DNA of 64,000 bases from Nemertoderma westbladi. Its lineage: Eukaryota; Animalia; Xenacoelomorpha. Shown one piece after another: positions 37,293 to 48,500 of this stretch; position 1 is the stretch's first letter, and the number at the start of each line of letters is the position of its first letter. Below the pieces are notes generated by a model, which worked only from the letters and a program-made list of their open reading frames with translations, made no database searches and was not told the DNA's origin. The DNA lies in assembly GCA_032718475.1 (NCBI GenBank), contig JAUCBJ010002811.1, positions 50,993 through 114,992 on the forward strand, read 5' to 3'. Made by a program: the position numbers and the translations under genes.

Positions 37293-38866
37293 GTGGGGCG
37301 AGCCACGAAGTGAGTGAGCCTTAGCGTAGTGGTACCATTAATCAACCTGTCGTTCTGTCGTTCTGTCGTTCTGTCGTTCTGTCGTTCTGTCGTGTTCAAT
37401 TTTAAACGTTAATAACTCGGCCAATCTTTGATGAAATCTATCCAAACTTGGTACACATGTTGTTTGGCAAAAGTTTAGAAATTTTCCAAGTAGAATTTCC
37501 GTGTGGCCTTCGAGAAGCTAAGATAATAGCAGTTAATTAGTTAATTAAGTTGATTGCGGTGAAAACGCCATTTTCAACCTGCCTTTTAAAGGAAATTAAT
37601 TGTTTTACAGTATAAGATTTAAATAATTATACTTAAAAATTATACAGATATAATCCCCATACGCCATTCTATTATAGTTTTTAATTAGTTTAAGTGATTT
37701 GCTTTAATAAATGTGTCTTTAATTGATCTAAACGTAATTAAACCGCACAATTATTGAGTACAAATTTAATCCTTCCCATTATTGGTCAAGTCTCTGCTGG
37801 TGTGGAGCTAGCTGCTGGGAGTTGTGGCTGTAGACTAACCTGAGAGGAATTGTAATAGAGGCAACCAGTATTGCTATTCCAGCCCAATCACTGAATTGTG
37901 TTTATTATAGGCTGGACGGGCCGCATAACCGTTCGACTATTACTACTATTGCTATCTCAGTTAAATGACAGATATAATAACATAAATACAATCCATGGCA
38001 TGGCTGTTGTAGGCTTCTGAAATAGTTTATTCCACAATGTATATGTCTGGTTATTTTTTAATTGAATTTTTGCAAAGTAGTAAAATTAATGTTCTTAAAA
38101 ATAATATTATTATTTTATATGTAACCTAGGAAATTAGCTACATTTTTTCGCTGCAGCTTTAAGAGTGTACATTGATTTAATATTATTTCAATACCCATAT
38201 TACTACATCGGCATAAGATGCGTTGGCGTTGTATCACACATCTCCACATATCACACATCTCCACATAGATGTATCAACAGTTACTCGCACAGTTTCGAAA
38301 CTTCGCATAGTTATAACTGTATAAAGATCGTCAGTCTGCGTTTAGGAAAAATATTTTATGACAAAACAGGACAAGCGACGAGCGCAACGAGGCATATAAT
38401 GAAGACGAGTACTGCGTTGACTAAATTATTATATAAACCACCTGGCTTCACATATTGATCGCATCCCTAGTTATTATTATTATAAAGATCGTCCTAGCTT
38501 GCGTTTAAGAAATATATTTAAATACAAAACAGGACGAACGCAAAGAGGCTTATAATGAAAACGAGTACTGCGTTTATTATATTCCTATAAACCACCTGGC
38601 TTTGCATATTTAACGTGCGATTGGAAATAAGTTCGTGCTACCCTTCCGTGGGTGGTAGATGTCGCGGTTATGTATTGGTGGTTGGGAAGGGTGGGGGGGG
38701 GGGGGGGGGGGGAGATTAAAAGGGGTGAACACGTACTGTCCACCTTTCTTTGATTGATTGGTGGTGTGGGTAAATTTCTCAAAACCTGATTTTGTGATAC
38801 AGTCGCTGCATTTTAATTTGTATATAATAACTAGGCCTCGTGCTGCGCGAAGTCCCCACGAACGTG
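37293..38866 (+). mobile_element. Second HINE-like element with (CTGTCGTT)n microsatellite and an internal ~160-bp duplication (38320-38610)
   Basis: Same termini as 33330-33836 (GTGGGGCGAGCCACGAAGT ... CGTGCTGCGCGAAGTCCCCAC). Confidence 0.6.
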
Positions 38867-39718
38867 TTTAATACGGAAGGAGTAGGCAGGCCTATGTAAA
38901 ATTTACAAGTAATAAAAGTGATTTTCCCCATGCGACACCCCTTCTGGCAATTGGGCTGAACCGACACACCTTTTTGGCTATGGGAGAGTGTTAGCCAATG
39001 AGGTGAGCTTATTGAATGAACAGCCAATTAGAAGCCCAGAAATACTTCCATAGGCTGAAACGACACCCCAATTGGAAAAATGCGTCCGGTAATGATTATG
39101 GATTTAATAATTTAGGCTATACCAATAAAAGTAAAGCAATAATCATTCAGACAGGCAGGACTAGCTACCGGTCATAAGTTGAAACTGAAAGCTTTTTTGA
39201 CAAGATATAGTACCGACACTGCTACTAATAGGCGGCCTAGAACTAAGTGTAGTACATGTTTATGAATACCGTTATTTTTTATAAAATTTTTAGTAACTCT
39301 TACTATACATAGATACAGCTATTACTAAAAGCTGTCACTAAGTAGATGTAACTAGTACTAACTCTATGAATACCGCCCGCCCGAGGTGAATAACAAATCG
39401 AAGGAGTAGAGGGAGTTGTAGCGGAAAAGAAACCTAATTGGATGAGGTTTCCACTATCAATGCCAACTAAGAAACAACACCATATTCGAATTCGATCACA
39501 AAAATGAATGTTTGTTGTTATAGCGTAGCGATAAACTAAAGGTTATGCTCTAACATAGACTACCTACCTATACGACTCAGATTTAAAGTTTGAAGGATTT
39601 AATTTTGAGTTTGCTAAACTTTGAATATATTAATGTTTGAAATTCAAATAGCCGGCCTACAATAAAATTTACATTTTTAGTTTTAGAAATAAAATTTTCT
39701 TTAAAATATCCCTTTATT

Positions 39719-39803
39719 GTCCGCAAAAGCGCGGACAATAATGACTTTAACGTCCGCAGAAGTGCGGATAATAAAGACATTAATGTCCGCATTTGCGGAC
39801 ATT
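39719..39803. repeat. Three palindromic GTCCGC...GCGGA(C) units at ~33-bp spacing
   Basis: GTCCGCAAAAGCGCGGAC, GTCCGCAGAAGTGCGGAT, GTCCGCATTTGCGGAC. Confidence 0.7.
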
Positions 39804-40318
39804 TAAAAAATACCCAAACAATCTTCCAAAAAAGCGGGTATGCGTTGAATTCGCCATAATAATTCTAGACAATTTAATCACGTTGATAATTATTAATAAA
39901 TTTAGCAGTAAAATGTTTAGATGTAGGAACTTATGCTCCGGTACTACTTGGCCATGTCGACACCCCCTGCCATTTTTTTTACCTGACACTATTTGTGTTT
40001 TTTAATGATTTTAATGATTTAATGTTTTGCGTACTTTAATTTACGAATGTCATGGGATTAGTCCTATAATTGCGCCAATAAAATATATGTTATTTTCGGT
40101 AAAATAAATCATATTATCATTCAAGGTTAATTTAGATTCCTTTCTATAAATGTATAATAACAAACACCTCGAAAAACACTTGCCAAAACATTGTTACTAT
40201 CAATAATGTTGACAATGCGCCCGACAGATATACTCCCATTCCAGGTTCAGTGAAAAAGCGACTGATATTCAGAAATTCCAGACTAGTTGATTGAGGCATA
40301 ATCCTCAAAAAGAAATAT

Positions 40319-40393
40319 CGCCCATCGCGGGGATCGAACCCACAACCTTGGGATTAAGAGTCCCACGCTCTACGATTGAGCTAGGACTGGGGC
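40319..40393 (-). tRNA. tRNA-Lys: tRNA-Lys(CTT)-like gene, probably a pseudogene (aberrant 5' acceptor strand)
   Basis: Minus strand GCCCCAGTCCTAGCTCAATCGTAGAGCGTGGGACTCTTAATCCCAAGGTTGTGGGTTCGATCCCCGCGATGGGCG; anticodon arm TGGGA-CTCTTAA-TCCCA, TTCGA loop, downstream TTTTT. Confidence 0.8.
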
Positions 40394-40694
40394 AAAACAG
40401 ACTGTAAACAAGGGGGGAAAAGAATTACGCGGAAAAATGACCAGAGAGGGAGGAAAAACGCAGAGAAAAAGGAAAAACGCAATAATGTATTTTTCGACCA
40501 TACATATTTTTATTAGAATTATTATACTTTGTAAATATTGAAACATCAATATTAATATTATACAGTATGAGAACATGTAATATACATAATAGAGCATTGT
40601 ACATTATACAGTAACTTATACAAATTTAACTTATTCAACAAATAATATATTATCCTTTACGTCTAACTATCAACGTAGGCTATTCTACCCCTAA

Positions 40695-41077
40695 AGGTCT
40701 GTCTACACGTGGAAACTTTTAGGTCAAATTTCTCGGCAAACTAGCAACTTTTTTTGGAGCAACTTAATTTAATCGCTGTTTACACGTGGCAACTTTACCA
40801 GCAACTTGGCCGGCAACTTTTAGAGCAACTTGGCGAGTTTAACTGTAAAATAGTGGGTCATTTTATCTACTAGCTAGTTTTTGATAATTACATCTGACTA
40901 TCCCGCTTTAATTCCCCAACGCAAATTCCTTCAAGTTGCCGTAAAAGTTGAGCAAATTTTACGGCAATTTTTTTCAGCAACTTACGTGTTTACACGGAGC
41001 AACTTGATCGGCAACCTGGTTTGCTCTAAAAGTTGCCGAGAAAGTTGCTCTAAAAGTTGCCACGCGTAAACAGGCCT
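40695..41077. mobile_element. Harbinger/Tourist-type MITE with GCAACTT repeats
   Basis: TIR AGG(T/C)CTGT(C/T)TAC(A/G)CGTGG(A/C)AACTTTTAG; TAA TSD. Confidence 0.85.
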
Positions 41078-41201
41078 TAAGGCAAGGATATGCGCCTTGC
41101 TCATCTCAAAGATCCATTAGTTTTCCAATAATTTCCAAACACTAATAATTATTTTTCAGGGCCAACGATATGGAACTCTGATTCCTCCGCTGACGTAAAA
41201 C

Positions 41202-41303
41202 ATAAAAAATCTAAAATACAGTACCCTTTTCGAAATAGGTCACCTTCTAAAATAAAAAATCTAAAATACAGTACCCTTTTCGAAATAGATCACCTTCTAA
41301 AAT
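41202..41303. repeat. Tandem duplication of ~50 bp
   Basis: ATAAAAAATCTAAAATACAGTACCCTTTTCGAAATAG(G/A)TCACCTTCTAAAAT x2. Confidence 0.9.
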
Positions 41304-41989
41304 ATTAAATTAAAGTACACTGTAAACAATCAATAAAACATAGATCTTACCAATTTTCCATAACCTTTTCCATCCAATATTTTATATTTTATTTATTTCC
41401 TATCTCGACTCATTAGTTTAGTTTTATATACCTGGATCAGCATCGGAACTCCAGTGCAACAATTGATTGCGCTGGAGATTAACGTAGGATAATTAATTAT
41501 TTCCCTATCAACAACAACAGTAACAATCTCACACCCCACAATTCACATAATAGTAATATCCCCCCCACCCCTTTTTTTTTGCAAGCACTGCACACCACCC
41601 CTACCTGCCCAGCACTCCCAGACAATACATTGGGCTATAATACTAGCCACGCCATTGTCCAAAGTATTATTGTAACTTAACTTTTAATATTGCAATTATA
41701 CAATATACTGTATATCTTACTCTATATGTGCAATGTGAGTATCGGATTACCAAATAAACAATAAATTTTAAACAATTGTCTTCTTTAGTCTAAAATTCGC
41801 AACTGTTCGGTGGTCCACCCACACGATCAACACCATGTAGTAGAAAAACCTAGGCCTACGACTACATGAGCTAGGCTTGGGGTGAAACAGACTGCTGGGA
41901 GGGGAAAAAAAGAAAACCAGCAGGAAAACAAGTAAAAACAGAAAGGGGAAAAGAGGGAAAAGGGAAGAAAAAAGGAAAAAATGGTCCAG

Positions 41990-42979
41990 GAAAGGAGCAG
42001 GTTAGATAGGCCGATTTTGTAACCAAAACAATAAACAGTCACTTTACCAAATGAAGGAAAGGAGCAGGTTATAGAAACTGGTCTTTCTAACCAAAGCAAT
42101 AAACGGTCACTTTACCAAATCATGGAAAGGGGCAGGTTACAGAGGCGAGATTTTCTAACCGAAACAATAAACAATCACTTTACCAAATGAAGGAAAGGAG
42201 CAGGTTACATAGATGGTATTTTCTAACGATAATATCACCAATTAAGGGAAAGGAGCAGGTTAAAGAGGCGGGCTTTTCTAACCAAAACAATAAACGATCA
42301 CTTCACCAAATCAGGGATATGAGCAGGTTGCCGAGGCGGGATTTTCTAACCAAAACAATAAACAATCACTTTACCAAATGAAGCAAAGGAGCAGGTTACA
42401 TAGATGGTCTTTTCTAACCAAAACAATAAACAGTCACTTCACCAAATGAAGGAAAGGGACAGGTAACAGAAGCGGGCCTTTCTAACCAAAACAATAAACG
42501 GTCACTCTACCAAATCAGGGAAAGGAGCAGGTTACAAAAGCGGGATTTTCTAACCAAAACAATAAACGATCACTTAACTAATTGAAGGAAAGGAGCAAGT
42601 TACAGAAGCGGGATTTTCTAACCAAAACAATAAACGATCATTTAACTAATTGAGGGAAAAGAGCATGTTACAGAGGCGGGCCTTTCTAACCAAAACAAAA
42701 AACGATCACTTTACCAAATCAGGGTAAGGAGCAGGTTACATAGGCGGGATTTTCTAACCAAAACAATAAACAATCACTTTACCAAATGAAGGAAAGCAGC
42801 AGGTTACAGAGGCGGGATTTTCTAACCAAAACAATAAACCCCCAGTCCCTTTACCAAATGAAAAAAAGGAGCAGGTTACAGAAGCTGGCCTTTCTAACCA
42901 AAACAATAAACGGTCACTTTACCAAATCAGGGAAAGTAGCAGGTTACAGAGGCGGGATTTTCTAACCAAAACAATAAAC
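41990..42979. repeat. Satellite array, ~68-bp monomer, ~14-15 copies
   Basis: AAAGGAGCAGGTTACAGAGGCGGGATTTTCTAACCAAAACAATAAACGATCACTTTACCAAATGAAGG-like units at 41991, 42058, 42126, 42194... Confidence 0.92.
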
Positions 42980-43100
42980 TATGTCATAAACACAACAATA
43001 AACTATGTAAAACCGGTACCGGTACTACAATTATGAAATTACCGTAATTAATAAATTACCTTTACCTTTATCATATTCCTTTATCAATATTCAGCAATTA

Positions 43101-44382
43101 TGTACGCGCTTTTGAAGACCTTTAGCAGTTTAACCTGCCAAAATTTATATGTCTTTTGGTTTATAAATATACTTTAGAAGATGACAAATATTTAATACCA
43201 ATAAACACAACATTAGCAGAAGCCAGCCTAGTGCACGTCCATTCACCCGCTGGATATTCCCGGGAGACTGGATTCTGAGGGCTTAGATTATTATTGCAGT
43301 GTAAACTTACTGTATTATTCGATTGATCGTTAATAAATAATTTCTGACTAATATTATTCACTTTCGGGAAATATTAACAGTTCCTTTAGGACGTGGCGCT
43401 CTATCTAAGTAAACAGAGATATGACTTATACTAATCACAACGGCAAGTCGGTAAGGCTTATGATTCACGTATAAGGCGCATTCTTTAGGAAATGCTTAGT
43501 TATCAGTCACAATCATGCACACTACCGGTAACACACAATACTGCTCACTAATTTGCCGACCGTCAATGAATTTTATCATATATAAAGAGAACAGCAACGG
43601 ACCAATGTAGTGCTTATCAAATAGCATTAAATTCACTACATACACAATAATATAAGTCGCAATCGCTATATATAACCCGTCTCTCTAACCTGTAGTGTAT
43701 CAAGAAAATTGGGAAATTTGGGTTCTTTATAAATGTTCTCCAAATAATATTCAACCAAAACACAACAGTAAACAGCATTAAGACGGTAGGTTAAGATAAC
43801 AAAACAGTATGTGCCGATTGAGTCGCTATGAGTTGAACTGGTATGATATGAACCGATTGATATGTGAGTTGATAACAGTTATACGCTCTATAATCTTAAG
43901 CCTACTAATGTTTCTTCTAAAAGTATGAAACAAATTAACTTTAGAGCCGGTGTTCCTGGCCTAGATACCAACAACACAACAGTATCAAGAAAAACAGTAA
44001 GACTGAACACTCTAGCATGATCGGCCGAATATCTCCACATCGACAGAAAAAATCGCTCTGATTGGCTCAAGCTAAACAAAGAACCACGTGTCCAATGGCT
44101 GTTTCCATGTCAGCAACCAGCTGTTAGATGTCGTAATATGAATCATCACGGCTAAGCTGTGTAAAAGTATTTGCCGTATTGCGGGTTTTTTGCCTTACCA
44201 TGTCCTCCAAAGCACGTATCTAGAAGAATGACTTTTATGTCCGTTAAAACACCTATTACGGTACCTTGCGGGCGAGGGGAATATATATATAGTTAGAAAG
44301 CCTTTTTAGAGTATTCCAGCGCCTGGGGGGAACCCGGACCGCAAAGCAAAAGGGCCAGCTAGATCCCACAGAAGCTTTTACA
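43101..44382 (-). repeat. 3' LTR of Bel/Pao copy 2 (1282 bp, markedly diverged from the copy-1 LTRs)
   Basis: Minus strand TGTAAAAGCTTCTG...GGCAGGTTAAACTGCTAAAGGTCTTCAAAAGCGCGTACA; shares GCGCCACGTCCTAAAGGAACTGTTAATATTTCCCG. Confidence 0.88.
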
Positions 44383-44460
44383 CCGCTCCCAGAAAATGGG
44401 ATTTGAGTCTATAACATATACAAAATCACAGTTTCTAATATACGTAAATACTCTAAACAG

Positions 44461-45549
44461 TTAGTCTTTCTTGCGCGGACGGCGTTTACGCAGTTTCTTA
44501 AAGCTAGCCAGAGTCCTTTTCTCTTTGGGGCGAGCCACTTTACAAGGAGGGCTATAACTCCTGGGTGAAGGGTGCAATATGATTGCATCAGAGGGTGTAG
44601 GATTATGGTCAGTGTATCCGCCAGTCGAAGTACCGGGTTGATTGACGTCAACGTCAGGTGAGAGGGGTCTAACGGCTTTGAGAGCTCGTTTCAAGACAGC
44701 CGCTCTTACGGGTCCTTTACGAGTGGTCTGAACGAGGGCCGTGGGTGGACCATAGGCAGTTAGAAACCTCCGGGGTTTAATGGTCCTTTCCAACTCGCGT
44801 TCGCGGGCTCGGTATTCGTAAGGCCGTCGATACACTTCTTGTAACTCGGGGTGTGAGTTAACAAACAAGTCTCCATAGTCCGGATCCTGACGGATATAAT
44901 TGATTAAGTTATAGGAATGAAGGTCGCTAGGATTAACACTCCTGAGAAATTTGCGTACGAATTTGGTTGAAATACATTCTCCGACGCGCTTCAGTAGCTC
45001 GTAACTTGATATGCGTGATTTCTGTTCAACCGAAGCGAATAGATAAGGATGGAACGCATAAACTCCTTCATAAGCGCGTCCGGGATAATAGCGATGGCGC
45101 GAATCACAGTGTAAATCAGCGTTCGCTTCCCAAGCTCTGATGTAACGTAGTGTGATCATTTCATCTACGCTTTCCAAATCGTGATTAAAAGGGCAGTCGA
45201 AACTAGCATGTCCCTTTAGTTGACAATGGTGACATTGAGTCATAAATTGAGGGCAAACCGCAAAGATATGCAAGTTATTGAGTCTACAATATGCGCAATA
45301 AATTTCCATAGTCAGTTGTTCTTGGAAATAGGAACAGCGGACGTTGGTGTCCATGGGCGTATCGTGGTCTCTCGATGCGCATAACCGACAACGTTGCCTA
45401 GAAACATAGTTGGCATGTCGATAATCGTACACAGTGAGACACTGTGGACCTTGATACCATTCTATGATGTAATCGTTGTCGCTGTTCCGGGGCGTGATAG
45501 GCTGAATCTCCTCAGATTCTAAACATATTGGTTCGTCTTCCAAGTGCAT
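44461..45549 (-). CDS. ORF3b: Cys/His zinc-knuckle protein with basic C-terminal tail (probably the frameshifted continuation of ORF3a)
   Basis: CRLCASRDH, CAYCRLNNLHIFAVC, CHHCQLKGHASFDC; KKLRKRRPRKKD; 31-nt overlap with ORF3a. Confidence 0.8.
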   Translation of the reverse strand: MHLEDEPICLESEEIQPITPRNSDNDYIIEWYQGPQCLTVYDYRHANYVSRQRCRLCASRDHDTPMDTNVRCSYFQEQLTMEIYCAYCRLNNLHIFAVCPQFMTQCHHCQLKGHASFDCPFNHDLESVDEMITLRYIRAWEANADLHCDSRHRYYPGRAYEGVYAFHPYLFASVEQKSRISSYELLKRVGECISTKFVRKFLRSVNPSDLHSYNLINYIRQDPDYGDLFVNSHPELQEVYRRPYEYRARERELERTIKPRRFLTAYGPPTALVQTTRKGPVRAAVLKRALKAVRPLSPDVDVNQPGTSTGGYTDHNPTPSDAIILHPSPRSYSPPCKVARPKEKRTLASFKKLRKRRPRKKD

Positions 45550-48500
45550 AGCTGAGGTGGGCGTGTCTCTTCAGGTGGACCTATTGTCTGAATTTCCACG
45601 ACAGAATAACCTGTGGGGATTCGAGGTCTTTGTATAACAGAGGAGTGCAAGTTCGATATACAAATCTCTTTGAAAATGGCGAATCCAGCGCTATCCAACT
45701 TCTCTGCTGCTGAGATTCTTAGGCTGAGCTTGGTCAAAGCGCGGTCTTTAAATTGGCTATCCACGTTGCGGAACGGGGTTAAAAATCGCCGGAAACATTC
45801 GAAACGGATGAATTTATTATGTTTATCTAGCTTAGCGAGTTTGGTCCCAAGTATTAATGGATGGGCGCGTATAGTACGACTGCACACATCGGCTAGCCAA
45901 CCGGCAAGTGCGGTGTTTTCAAAGATCGTGTAGATAGCTAAGGAGGGACGTAGTGGAACACTCATGAAGCTATACACGGCGCCAGGTGCGGTCAATGGTC
46001 CATCAAAGTATAATCGAGAATAATGGTCTCCGTATACTTGTTGATAGTTAATGGGATTTCCGACTTTGAAATTCCATCCGTATTCCTGAAAGGCAAGATG
46101 TCCGATGGAAGTTCGTTGCACCTTTGTAATGTTGCTAGACGTATTAGCATACATGGTGCGGAAGAAACCTCGGCCTTCTGCCCAGGGAGCAATCAGCTGA
46201 GTATCAACGAAAGGGTATGGAATGTTCTCCATATTCCGAAAGTCGTTTTGGAGATCTCCATAAACAGCTGAGCCGATTTTAAGGATTCTTTCATTGAACA
46301 ACATCTCGAGTACGGGCTGGGGTAACATCGATCCATTGATGCCCATGGCCGGTTTGCGTTCGGTGTCAATGACGTAACGCTGCGCGAGTTCGAATTGTCC
46401 ATGTCGGAGATTCTTTTGTGTTTCGGTGAGAGTTTCAAAAGAATAATCCATCACGTCGGAACACGCTCGAGTAAACACGTGGGTAGAACCAGCTAATCCG
46501 CGTATGTGGATCATGTGCGTAGTTCCTAGTTCTCCGACCGGAACGCTACCTTCATTATCGTAGGTGACAACTCCATACATCTCAATAACATTAAGAGTTT
46601 CATTCCACTCCTTGGTGGCGTTCTCTAGGGTCATCCCTACTGGATGCCACAAGGTGGCGCATTGGTTAGCGTCAGGGAGATCACTATACTTCATGTGCCG
46701 AGTGGTATATGTCTCCACATTTCCATATCTTGGTATTTTCTCTTCTTCAAATAATACATCTAGATTCCAATGGTCTAATCGAGTTTTAATAAATCCATCG
46801 AGATTATAAGGAGGTTCTATATCTTTCTCGATTCGAGAAATGTTATATGGTTTTCTAAATGAGTTTACTTTTACTAACTGATCCAGATGTTTCTGCAATT
46901 GTTCGAGTTCAACAATGTCTAGAGGATTTATTAGTGGTAGAAACTTTAAATTATGTGTCGGGTCCTCTGGTTTTACCATATAATATTGAGTCAGATTAAC
47001 GTAATAAGGGTGGTCTTTAATCCCATAAAACGAGTTCTGTAAAGGTCTAGCGTGTATGTTGACATCGTGTACCATACGACGGACAAGATCCGCTCGATTG
47101 TCCGGAGGTTCAACGAGGATACCGTCAACACGAGCGGCCTCGATCGGCGGACGCTGTAACATAGGGGCGTCAGCGATAAGATTTTGCGATCCTGTACTGA
47201 TATCAACCGGTTGAGGCTGTATCGTCGCGAAGAGCTTGTCCCCGAAATGTGGAATCATCGAGGGATGACGAACGGTTTTAGAGTAGAGGTCGGTCATGAG
47301 GATTTGAGCTTCAGGTTGGGCTAAAGCGGCTTCTTCTCTTTCTTCCAGATTCGTGTGTTTCTCTTCGATTAGATTTTCTTCCGCTTGTCTTTGTAAGCGT
47401 TCTTCTAAAAATTCTTGTAGAGAATACGTGCGTCCAAGCTCTATGTCTTCCTCGAGGTTTTGGATTTCCCTATCGAACTGTGGCAAGGCTAACTCCTTCA
47501 CCGATTGGACTTGTTGGTGTAATTTACGTTTCTCTAAACAATCTTGTGTTCCCTTTCCGATTTTCTGTCGAATGGCGTCTAAAGCGTTTCTTATAACGCT
47601 CTCCTCGACTTCCGTGGCGGGTTGAATCGGGTTTAATCCTGGACGATTGTAAGGATCAAAGGGCGATATTAGCTGCCCGTGTCCCAATCCGGCTAAGTAG
47701 GATGGGCGGATGTCTAACGAACCCACTACCGGAGCACCACCGATTAGTTGTTCGGGTAACACTAAGTCTTTGAACAGGGAATATAGTTCGGGAGGATCAG
47801 TGATACTGTTAGGATCGAGAGTTTGAGGTCTCACTAGGTTATGAGGAGGCCTGACCGAGTATTCCGGAACTCTGATCATGGGTTTATTCAGTGATCGTTT
47901 AAGACGAGCGATCTTAGGTGATACATCGAACAGGTTTCGCTCGAAACTCCCGTAAGTATAACGCGTAAAACTGTGTTTAGCGCAACGTCTCCGCGGATGT
48001 TTATGTCTTTCAATTTGTTGGTTGGGTCTAGGGCATTCGTCACAATAATACCAAAGACGTACGTCCTGTAGAGGAAACGCGGGTGAACGTTCTCCAGTTT
48101 TGCAATATTCTTCCATTTGTTCAAAACTATCCGGGATAACAGGTAGTGGACGATCGGCGGTAAGATACATCATAGTGAAATAGAGCCGTTTGAGTTCTAC
48201 CATAGGGTCGTGATGTATACCTTGAGGATATCGAGTCTCTAAGTTCTGCTGACTAGCGATGTTGAGATAGGTTTCTCTCAAAAATTCTAGGTATTCGTTG
48301 AAGTCGATGCGTTTATCCGGTTCTTCAACGTTTTCTCTTTCCAGTCTATTACGAATAGAATTTTCGTGATCTATTCTCGGTTTATCTTTACGACTCCGCT
48401 GGGTATGATATTTAAAGAGAACCATTTCCCTCTCTGTATCTACATCGTCCGTATCATGTAAATCGATAGGATGGCCGGTAGTTAAGAAGTCCATATACGT

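Larger units (their letters stand above)
32371..39089. mobile_element. Unclassified DNA transposon with ~170-bp TIRs
   Basis: 32383-32540 (TTTCCAATTGGGGTGTCGTTTCAGCCTATGGAAGTATTTCTGGGC...) is the reverse complement of ~38922-39078. Confidence 0.75.
26945..39378. mobile_element. PIF/Harbinger-type DNA transposon shell expanded by nested insertions
   Basis: GGGCGGTATTCATA at the left end and TATGAATACCGCCC at the right end; subterminal GGTATTCA repeats on both sides; Myb/SANT relic inside. Confidence 0.6.

Noticed and set aside
39719-39803. Mini-CRISPR
   Set aside because: Only three short variable palindromes, spacers too short, no cas genes
41990-42979. CRISPR array
   Set aside because: The whole monomer repeats with no unique spacers; no cas genes; eukaryotic context
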